DNA from: Antedon mediterranea
Lineage: Eukaryota; Animalia; Echinodermata
Direction of reading: 5' to 3'
Assembly (NCBI RefSeq): GCF_964355755.1
Contig: NC_092677.1
Coordinates: 16,452,101-16,516,100 of the forward strand
DNA: 64,000 nt
Position 1 is the first letter of the stretch; the number at the start of each line of letters is the position of its first letter. Both the position numbers and the translations under genes were made by a program. Shown in pieces: positions 36,801-47,200 of the stretch. Below the pieces are notes generated by a model, which was not told the DNA's origin, made no database searches, and was given only the letters and a program-made list of their open reading frames with translations.

Positions 36801-39800
36801 GCAAAATATTCCAATAAAGATATCACAGAATTTGGAAAAAATGTAATGTTTCATTTACCTTTAAACTGACTGGGAATGGTTTATGCATGCATGCATGTTA
36901 ATAATGAGCTAAAAACAAAAATTGACACTACCAATAAGAAATATTGCCCATTTTTGGATGAGTTTAGTCTAGTCCTCTACCATTGTTATGGTGGTAGAAC
37001 AAGTCTTCTTCTCAGATAAGGAATTAGTGGATGCATTTCATTTATTTGTTTGAGAAAAATGTCTAGGGCTCTGAAGCTCTATAGGTTGTTAGTTAGCCAG
37101 TCATCCCAGTCTTATGTTCTCATCTAGCTTGTGTGCAGGAAAGAATCCAGTGATTTGAATCTTCCAGATACTTTGGTGTAGAGTACTAATGGTCCATCGC
37201 AGCCCTTGTTGTTTATGCTAGATGCTGAACTGTGGCTGCATGAGTCCATAAAGAGGCTAATATGAAATTCCTCAGTTAGGACAATGTAAAACAAAGATTC
37301 TTTCAATTAAAAACAATCTTTAATCGGAGATCGCTGCCCAATCTTCTTTAGAGAACAGGAGGAACTAAGTCTAAGTAAGTAATCATTTGAATGTGATGTG
37401 AAAGAATCCTTTTATATAATTACTGTATAATGTGTTTTTTTCCCAGTGACATACTTAACCTATGGTCCATTCAGCTCATATGCTCCATCTTATGATTCAA
37501 GTTTTTCAAACATTAGTAAAGAAGAATCTGATTTGTTGTATTCAACATATGCAGACGAGACAGGCATTCAATACTCCAAAAGGTATACTACTTTATATTT
37601 CAGCAATATATTCAATTCGATTATTTTATTCCATCAAATACTCTGGCTCAAAGTCTTGCTTGTCACATATAAAAACATTAACAAGTTTTAGATTAGCAAT
37701 GAATAAAATATTTTTAAAATAGGTCTATATCCACTGTGGACTATAGGTAGTACACTTTTCAACATACACCTTAGCCTGGGTGCAGAACAGTTAATATACA
37801 CATTTGCGGGAAAAAAGTATAGGAAAATTTTTTTGGGGGTTTTTCTGATAGACTATACCATATAGAATGTCAGAAAAAAAATCCCCATCCCAGGGTCTTG
37901 GGGAAAATTTTTTACGCCACTTTTAAATTTTGGCCTATATAACACACACAAATGCCTATTAACACACACAAATACCTATATATAGGGGATAGGGAAAATC
38001 AATTAACGGTTTTTGTTACTTGCAGTTGTGTTTTAAAGATTAAAATTAGTAGAGGCTTACTTTAATAACTACTTCTCATAGTAGTTGATGAATCAAGTTA
38101 GAATCCAATATGGCGTCCAATTTGGCGGGAAAAACAGGGTATTGCTAAACCCCGCAAACCCCCGCAAACCTAAAAAAAAACATAGCAAACCCCACCGAAC
38201 CAACATAAAAGTGATTGAATCATGGAGTGTACGATGGGGATTTTTTTCCTGATATTCTATATGGTATACTCTATAAAAAAAAAAAAAAACATTTTCCTAT
38301 ACTTTTTTCCCGCAAATGTGTATATTAACTGTTCTGCACCCAGGCTAAGGTGTATGTAACTCCACTCCATACCCTGTCTATGCTTGTATTTTCTAATCCA
38401 AAACATCAACAGGACAAGAATAAATTGATTGTATTTTTTTATTAACTCTTAGCATTCAAGACTTCGTTAAGGATGCTGGAAGTTATGTGACTAAGTTTGT
38501 TGACAATCTTCTGGATACATTGACAAATGGAGAACATTCAAAGACAATGAAACAACTGTATGATGTAAGTAACATGAATTTTTAGAAAACCGATAAAACA
38601 AAATTGTCCTTTGATGCTTAATAAACCATTTCTCCTTTTTAGGAATCACATAGTGTAGTGCAAACCACTTAATACATCATCTATTTCTTCCAAAATGGGG
38701 AGTTTCATTGTTGTTTAACATAACATTAAATTAAGATGTATATATTGTATCATAATAATTCATGAGTGAAATGCAAATTTTCATTTTGTTTTGCCGTTCT
38801 GTTAAAAAAAAAAACGGTGGTGGTGTAAAATCAGACATGTTAGTCACACACAAAATTATTGACACAATAGAAAAGGCATTTTTACTTTCTAATTTTTTAA
38901 AACATTATCAAGTGAACATCCCATCTCAAAATTATGTGGAGGGGATGCATTTTCTCATCGCCAGGATCTGTCCATCCCGTGTTCAACAAATACAGTGACA
39001 CCAAAACCATTAAATTAGTTTAAAAAAATGAGTGTTACTGTACGATACAAATGTTTTAGAAACGAAAACCTGATGATGAAATCAAAGACCAAACCAGCAA
39101 TGCAACCACTACTGATGACACAAAGGAAACTGCTTCAAAGAAACAAGATGACAAGATAGCTGATAAAGAAGCAGCAAAAAGTGACAAGAAAGATGAAGGA
39201 GTCACCAAAGACACTTCACAAGAGGAAACCAAAAAAGCTGAAGACGTGGAAATCGATTTTGAAGATTTAAAGAGTCTGTCCAACATTGGAATTGACATGT
39301 CTTTCCTCTCGGACTTTGGTAAGTCTGAACACCTAACAAATGGACTTTGGTAAGTCTGAACACCTAACAAATGGACTTTGGTAAGTCTGAACACCTAACA
39401 AATGGACTTTGGTAAGTCTGAACACCTAACAAATGGACTTTGGTAAGCCTGAACACCTAACAAATGGACTTTGGTAAGCCTGAACACCTAACAAATGGAC
39501 TTTGGTAAGCCTGAACACCTAACAAATGAAATATGCTTTGGATTTTCTTAAATTGTATACTCATGATAGAAATCGAATTTATTCTATAAAAAATATGTAT
39601 TTTGTTATATTTTTATGTTTCTGGTAATGCAATTAAAATATATACTGTATGTTTTTTGAAATATTGTCATGTCTAACTGCTGTACAACAATAGTTTATAA
39701 GCGGATGTAGGGTGGTGATGGTTATACTTGAGTTTCTTTTTCTTCAAATTATTGAAATTGTTCACACTTGGAGGCAACTGTAATGCAATGACGTATGTAG

Positions 39801-42412
39801 AATGCAAGTTAGTTGACCAATCACAAGCGCCAGTTTGGACGATTCATCCTGTTGTCATTGGTCAAATTACTTGCATTTATGGGATGTCCTTGCGTTGCTT
39901 GGGAACCAAGCTTTAATTACCAAAGAAAATTACCATAAAAATTAAAACATTTATAAATTAAATTTAAAAAATGTCCATGCTCATCTAGAGGACCTAGCTG
40001 TCTGGCGAGATATGCAGTTCTTTTGGAGAAACGAGAAATGTTATTAGAATGACATTGGCTAGTGTTACGAGACAAATTATAATGTACATATATTCCTGCA
40101 AATAAATTTCTCGCATTAAGCAGCTATCTTTTGTCAAAATACCCCTTTCAAAGTAAATGAATATTCAACATAATACATAACACCAGTAACTCTTTGTCAT
40201 TAGCAAAATACCCCTTGAAAATTAAATGGAATGTTCTGCTTGAATGTACTGTATAATGGTTTGTAGTAAATAAAGTGGCACAATTAATATTAACATCTTG
40301 ATTTATATAAATAAATATTCATTGCGCACAACATTTTGATTTATATAAATAATACATTAGAAGATTTATAACTATAATACAGAATATCAATAATAATTAT
40401 TATTTTTTTGGATGAAAAAGTTTACATTATATTTAAGTACGTGTCAGAACTATTTTTGCATGTTAGATAAGACTTAACTAACAATCTCCAGATCACCAGG
40501 ATGACATCATACCTTTAGACCACAAACTTGACACAGGTGTCACTGCCTCTATACAATCTCTCAGTCTACATGTATGATGCCAGGCTGGTGATCTGAAGAG
40601 GGTAGATACAGAGTAAATTTAACTACAAGAATTGATTGTCGTAATTTTTAAACTGTACAGTAATATATAATAGTTCAACTATTTTTACTGTCATCGCTAC
40701 ATATTGCTGAAATTTAAAATACCAATATAATGGAATATATTCAATTTATTCTAATTAAAAATTAATTATATTAACTAATTACCATAAATAGCATGTATTC
40801 ACTGATATAGGTAAGAAAGTGACCTTGAAATGAGGTCAAAGGTCGTGTTGCACATACAATAAGCAGATTTCAATGACCTATGGATTGATACGTTGTAGAC
40901 TACACCTAGAAATCACTAAACTGGGTTAATTAAGTAAACATGTCACCACCTTTGCGTAAAAAGAATTTAAATGACCTAACTTGACCTAGGTCGTCGGTTT
41001 TTGCAAATTGAAAGCTCTAGAGCTTGGTTCAAACTTGGACTCGACATAACAACGTAGGTGCAGTCGACAGGTCACCAAAACCAAACTTTATAATTTCTCT
41101 TAGTGATACAATTATAACATGTATTTATATACTTTCTGTACAGTCCTTATGTAAATATTTCAATTTTGGTTAAGAAATACACATTTATATATAAAATTAA
41201 TGTCCATTAATAATTATTTTACACATAGAAAAATCATGGCAAGGAAAGGCGAAGAAAACTGACCTTAACAGTAAGTTGGAATCTACTGCAAATCTAATCG
41301 ATAATCTGGAGAAGAAACAAACTGAGAGACTAAGCCGCAAGCCTCCTGCCCATTTACAATTCATTGAGGGACCTTCACAGGAAGAGAGTAACATAGCTGA
41401 GGAAATCACACAACAGTTACTACAGCTAACATCTAATGTAAGTAAAAACTACAGTATTCATAGTGGTTCTTAGAAGCCATTTTTGCAGTTACTACAGCTA
41501 ACGTCTAATGTAAGTAAAAACTACAGTATTCATAGTGGTTCTTAGAAGCCATTTCTGCAGTTACTACAGCTAACGTCTAATGTAAGTAACAACTACAGTA
41601 TTCATAGAGGTTCTTAGAAGCCATTTCTGCAGTTACTACAGCTAACGTCTAATGTAAGTAACAACTACAGTATTCATAGTGGTTCTTAGAAGCCATTTCT
41701 GCAGTTACTACAGCTAACGTCTAATGTAAATAACAACTACAGTATTCATAGTGGTTCTTAGAAGCCATTTCTGCAGTTACTACAGCTAACGTCTAATGGT
41801 AAGTAACAACTACAGTATTCATAGTGGTTCTTAGAAGCCATTTCTGCAGTTACTACAGCTAACGTCTAATGTAAGTAACAACTACAGTATTCATAGTGGT
41901 TCTTAGAAGCCATTTCTGCAGTTACTACAGCTAACGTCTAATGTAAGTAAAAACTACAGTATTCATAGTGGTTCTTAGAAGCCATTTCTGCAGTTACTAC
42001 AGCTAACTTTAAATTCTAAAAATCATTTTGAAATTTGCTTTGAAAATTACTTCTTGAAAAGTTATACATACATTGTCCAAACAGAGGTTACTCTATCATG
42101 GTCGTTTTTTTAAGTTTTCCATTTATTTTGTAATTTTGGTATGCAAATAAATGTGGAAAAAACCTTATACTGTATACATGTTAATATCACATTACTGTTT
42201 ATTTATAGGCAACACCTGGTGATGTAGCCTCAACTCCAGCCGTCAGAAAAGCAATGGGTGTAGAATTGTCTGTACCTTCTCCAGAAGATGCCACAAAAAA
42301 TCTGGATCCTGCAGCCGACATTGACACAGAGTTAATGGATTTCTTAGATAGTCAACCATCGACATCAAATGAAAAAGATGATGAGCAAGGCCAGCACTCT
42401 GATCAGGGATGA
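30814..42412 (+). CDS. BRD9: Bromodomain-containing protein BRD9/BRD7 ortholog (~756 aa, 13 exons)
   Basis: Exons 30814-30865, 31490-31695, 31808-32148, 33352-33496, 34256-34366, 34967-35160, 36096-36219, 36557-36734, 37447-37582, 38453-38564, 39060-39318, 41229-41437, 42209-42412 total 2271 nt in frame. Motifs: MGKKHKRH, KLVLKV, bromodomain RKDQNEFFTWPVNDVIAPGYSSIIAYPMDFSTMK..LMCENAMTYNRPETIYYKAAKRLL, DUF3512 YLTYGPFSSYAPSYDS and C-terminal PGDVAS..VRKAMG. It may be co-orthologous to BRD7 and BRD9; the symbol was chosen from TRIP13 adjacency. Confidence 0.93.
32278..33298. repeat. 139-bp tandem repeat (7 copies plus short sub-units) in BRD9 intron 3
   Basis: Unit gttaaattaatgtgtttccaaatacacctc...ctggaaacacca starts at 32278, 32420, 32559, 32698, 32837, 32976 and 33115. 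Confidence 0.95.
33530..33800 (-). mobile_element. Deu/Nin-domain SINE fragment with an alternative 3' tail
   Basis: The core caccggggtaaccccctact..ctttaaagtgcacaca..cggtttatagtccttat matches the 16663 SINE. The tail (ggcaatgtggccaaggattaccaa..) instead matches 54005-54080. Confidence 0.7.
34645..34890 (+). mobile_element. Degenerate tRNA-derived SINE (third family)
   Basis: A-box tggcttggtgg and B-box ggttcaagtcc; the head resembles those at 54640-54750 (-) and ~60283-60340 (+). Confidence 0.55.
35232..35549 (+). mobile_element. tRNA-derived SINE with Deu/Nin-type domain, full length
   Basis: A-box tggccgagcgg, B-box ggttcgaggct, Deu/Nin-like core and (caat)3 tail; near-identical to 16663-16974. 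Confidence 0.85.
37762..38357. mobile_element. MITE with long TIRs (~65 bp perfect, ~125 bp imperfect)
   Basis: acatacaccttagcctgggtgcagaacagttaatatacacatttgcgggaaaaaagtataggaaaat is mirrored exactly at the right end. Confidence 0.88.
39311..39528 (+). repeat. 31-bp tandem repeat x7 spanning the BRD9 exon 11 donor
   Basis: Unit ggactttg|gtaagtctgaacacctaacaaat; the first copy contains the true exon end (39318). Confidence 0.95.
41414..42007 (+). repeat. 72-bp tandem repeat x8 spanning the BRD9 exon 12 donor
   Basis: Units start at 41414, 41486, 41558, 41630, 41702, 41774, 41847 and 41919, with a partial copy at 41991. Unit: cag|TTACTACAGCTAACGTCTAAT|gtaagt...gccatttctg. Confidence 0.95.
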
Positions 42413-44275
42413 ATTTTACTGACCAGCAATGCATTTTACTGACCAGCAATGCATTTTACTGACCATGGTTGATGTTTACTGACCATATACCACTTCCTTG
42501 GTAATACTTTCTTCCTGATTACAGGCTGTATAATCATAATGTCCGTAGGTGAGAAAAAAACCAGATATTCATGTTTGGGACATGCCCAAATATTTTTACT
42601 ACTCTTACGTCTGTATATAAGTAATAAGATCCAATGCTAAGTGGTATTTATTACATGACTCTTATGTGTTCAAAGTCAATTAAGCATAACATAAATAATT
42701 TACAAGCCAATCTTGTCCATTATCAATAAGTAGACAGTACATATCTACAATTATCCATTTTGAAATTGGCTTTTAACATCGCTTCTTCATTTAAAATAAT
42801 ATTATAATTAGCTTTGCAATGTTAACAAAGGACGGTTGAACAATATCAGATATAAAAGTGCTATGATAATTGTTTTAAACATTACTATTAGTTTGCATAT
42901 AGTTAGTGGTTTTAACTCAATAAGCATAACACTGTGATGCTCATTTTGTGCTTAAAAACATATAGGTGTATAATAAGCAATTTGTTGCTATTTATTTAAA
43001 TTATTTTCAATAATTTTGAAGACATACAATATCATTAATCATTCGGCTATTTTATTAAATGTGAATTGTAATGTTAATTTTTAAACCGGTTGTTTATGTT
43101 TGTTTTTATTTTGTAAAGTGCAATCAAAAATATTGTTTACAAGCATTTAACAACAAATTGTTGAATGTCTTGTACACAGACGTTTTACAAACTATAGGCT
43201 GCAGGATGGCTTGCTTGGTAAATTATAAAATCAACTATCTTGCTGAAAATGTTCATAAACATACCCAACGCAATTGATATATGTGGCTAAAGTTTTTATC
43301 GCTATGTATGTAAAATCACAAGTGAACTATGACGCGACATGTGTCAGGAAATCTCCAGGCCGTCTGCTGAATTTTTCCAGCAGATCATCCGCGCAATTTT
43401 CAGCCTCCAATACAAAATTACAATGCTATTTCTGGGGACTTAGAGGTCCATAGTTCTTAAATGTTCATACCTCAGTCCAAGCATGGTGGGGCTGAGGTGT
43501 TGGTCCTGTTGGGCCACTTCTTAGTCCTGGAAACAGCATTTTAGGTCGCAAAATAAAATTTTTGCGGAACGCTGTTGTACACCATAGTGTTGGCACACCT
43601 GCATGCCAAAGGTACCAAACACTACGATCATGAGCACTCACTCAAACAGCTCAGCTCAGCAAACGCGCAAATCAAAATGAAAATTGTAACAATTCTTGTA
43701 GTAAACAATACTAAAACAGTAACGTGATCTATATTTGTATGAGTAAGTTTTGCCTAGTGGAAAGCATGCTATCAATTTAATTTTCAACATTTTCTGGTGA
43801 AATTCTCAATTGTTTTACCGAAAATTAAAAAAGTTTAATTTTCTAGCTAATAAAACTTAAACCCACTGTACCTACAACATTTTATTTTTCAAACCTTATG
43901 TTACTGATTTACTTTTGTTTTTAAAAACCCTATTATGTAATGTACATATATTTGTTGTTTTTTTTTTAATCCTTAACACGTTTTTTAAACACAATGTGTA
44001 CTTGCAACTTAATTGTGTGTTAAAACCTATGTGTATTGTACATGTTATATTACATCTAAAATAATTGCATTACTGTATACTGTTTTTGTCTTCATATACA
44101 TACATTTTATTACAATCAAATAAGAAGTGTATTGCCAGGATTTATAAGGGTCATAATAAAAGTGACCTCTGAACTCTAACCTTGTAAATATGCTACAGGT
44201 TATGGAATATTTGATTCAGTAAAATCATTCCCACACCACTGGCCTAAGCCTTCTTTCCTTCCCCTTTCTCTACTT

Positions 44276-47200
44276 TTAAGAGTCTGATACCTTTAACTTC
44301 ATATACACCGATGTCGGCATCCTCATCACGCAGGCTTTCATGTTTCGCTGTCGGAATGGTGGATGATGGAGAACAATCTCATACCACTGGCCAAGGCCTC
44401 CTTGGTCTACCCCTCGCAAACACTGGTTTTCCCACTGCATGTAAAGATCTCCCATGGCAAGTATTTGATCTTCAATATGAAAAACAGCACACACATCTGA
44501 AAACAGAAGTTTTCAGAAGTTAAATATAACCTACACAAACATTTCCTACAATGCAAAATATGTTAACTTTAGTCTTTCATGCTTAAATGTTAAAATTGGT
44601 GTTTTAACACAAATTTCCACAATGCAACAAATTTACTTCATGGATATGGAATACGATCACTTAGTTTTAAGGACTTCCTTTCCTTTTATTTGTGATATAT
44701 TGAATTATTATATTTGATTCATATTTTTTTGTATTGCCTAATTCTGGTGGACATAATACGTTAACTAATTTTGGTTTTCATTTGCAAACCTCTATATTTT
44801 ACATTATAGGATTATTTACAGTACTTACCACCATACAATGTATTAATATGTCTATGGATTTAATTCTTTAAATGACACAAAATGGTATACTCACTTGATA
44901 GATTTTGCATACTACATAAGTTATTCGGCGTTAGGCTAATCCAAAGTCCTTTGCTTCCTATATAAAGCTCTGACCCGCAGAACTTCATCCGATTCTCAGC
45001 ACTCGGACACATTAAGTTACGTTTTCCACCAAACACAAATATTGAATCCCCGACAGCCACTCCAGATGCGTATGCTCGACGTTCCTTCATGGGAGCAGAT
45101 GCCTTCCACTGCTTCAACATTGGATCGTAACACTCCACCGACTCGTACACATGACTTTGCGAACAACCGCCTATTACAAATATTTTTTTTTGCATAACAA
45201 TACAGCATGGAAACATACGCGGAATCGGCATAGATACGGAATATTCCCAAGTATCCGTTAATGTATTGTAAACTTCCATTGAAGTTAGTTCTTGATCGTT
45301 TGAGTTATTTCCACCGATCGCATAAATATCATTGTAAATTGCGACAAGATTATGGTTTTCGCGTGGCGTCAACATCGGTGATATTGCAGTCCATTGGTTC
45401 AAGCAAGGATTATACTTTTCTCCCGTGTTTAGAACGATTCTACGGCGGTTGTGACCATAAGTATAAGTCCTGCTGCCACCAGTTACATAAACTAGTCCCC
45501 CTGCAGCACAAAACAAAATTTTGTTTTAAATGTGTGTATGAAATTTACTTATTTCAATACTTTATTAGCTATGACGTCAAAGTGACAAATGAGATTAGTT
45601 CTTAGTAGTCCCTAATCTTCAAGGTCAAATTCAACACCCATAAAAAAACATTATGAATTTCTATAGACACGCCATCGCCAACCCTCATTATTGGTCTTTC
45701 ACACCTGATTTGTTTTTTTTTCAAACTTATTAGATCGCAACTTAATGTAACATTTTCCTTATGTGCCGCACACCAAAACAATATGTACGTAGCCTCGTGG
45801 TCCATTGTGAAAACAAAATAGTTGCTGATGCAGTATGTGTGAACCTGAACTGGAGTATGTAAAACTGAACTGGAGTATGTGAAACTGAACTGGAGTATGT
45901 GAACCTGAACTGGAGTATGTGAACCTGAACTGGAGTATGTGAACCTGAACAGGAGCAGGTGTGAAAGACCCTTTAAAGAGACAATTCATTGGTCATAGTG
46001 GGTTTACTGTGATTGTAACTGTTACATTAAAATATAGAATATATAAATAGAGTCGGTGGTTTAAAAAAAACTGTTTTGGCATCCACTCAATTCCATGATT
46101 TAATAAGGCAATAGATTAAAAATTAATTTTTCGCTTAAACGTTAACATCGTGATTTACCTGTTGCAACAATGGCATGATCTACTCTGGGCATCAGCATCG
46201 GTGCCATTGGGATCCAATATTGGACTGGTGCTGGCACTATCAAATAGGAACTTGGTGACTCTTTATTTTCCCTGAGGGACAAAATAGGCTATATAGGCTA
46301 TAGGTCATTGAAAAAGGCAATGTTTCAACATTTAGAGATGGTGCGCAAAACAAGTTGATTTCCAAATGCGATCAGTCAACAACGTCGCATAGCAACAATT
46401 CTCAAATTTCAAAATCATGTTAATTATCACTTCACTAGATATTAGGTAGGCTAATTCCAAATGACACATGATGCATAATTAACCAATCAAATTGCAAGAA
46501 TGCAATCAGGTGTGTTATAATTGTAAATGTCACTCACCCTTTAGAAACACTTCCAGCAACCATAATCACATTCTTGTAACCTCTCATATTGCTCGTAGGA
46601 GGATTCGCAAAGTATTTGCGCACAAGTTCTGTAGCGTCTTCATCCGCACTGATCAACGGGTTCTGTAAAATCTCATCATACATGTTCAAAGGTATGTTAC
46701 ACCATCGAACCAATCGTAGAATCTTTTCTAGGTGCACGTGGCGGTACTTCTCATCGTACTGTATCCACTGTATTAATGCACACACGAGAACAAAATCACA
46801 TCTATTTTGTGATACCTAAAAGAAAAAAATATCAATACAGGATTCAACCAAGAAGGAGGAGGGAGATGGATGTAAATATTCTACCTATCAATGCATCCCT
46901 TATACCAGAGTCAATTCAGTTGTGAATTTTAGATCTATTTTAATAATACAGTCAACTCTCCCAATGCCAGACTCTCTGAAAACTGGAAATTCTTCCAAAA
47001 CCAAACGTTTCCATCCAAAAGGTCCTAAATGTCTTTTTACCATTACAAACACAATTTAAAATACCAGATTTTCCTGAAAACTAGATATATTTGGCCAACT
47101 GAGGGCGTGTGACGCAGTGTGTTGGACGTTGGACTACCGATCGTCAGACCTAGGTTCGAATCCACCTCTCGCCGCATTGCTTGTATCCGTAGGCAAGATA

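Noticed and set aside
37128-37374. Possible stop-containing alternative exon in BRD9 intron 8
   Set aside because: AG and GTAAGT borders exist, but such pairs arise by chance and there is no further support in the sequence.
39311-42007. Regular 31- and 72-bp repeats as CRISPR-like arrays
   Set aside because: The units are contiguous with no unique spacers, there are no cas genes, and the context is eukaryotic introns.
44829-44851. 23-nt AG/GT-flanked microexon in GAN intron 6
   Set aside because: It would need a ~43-nt upstream intron and would break the phase-1 join that already gives a gigaxonin-like sequence.
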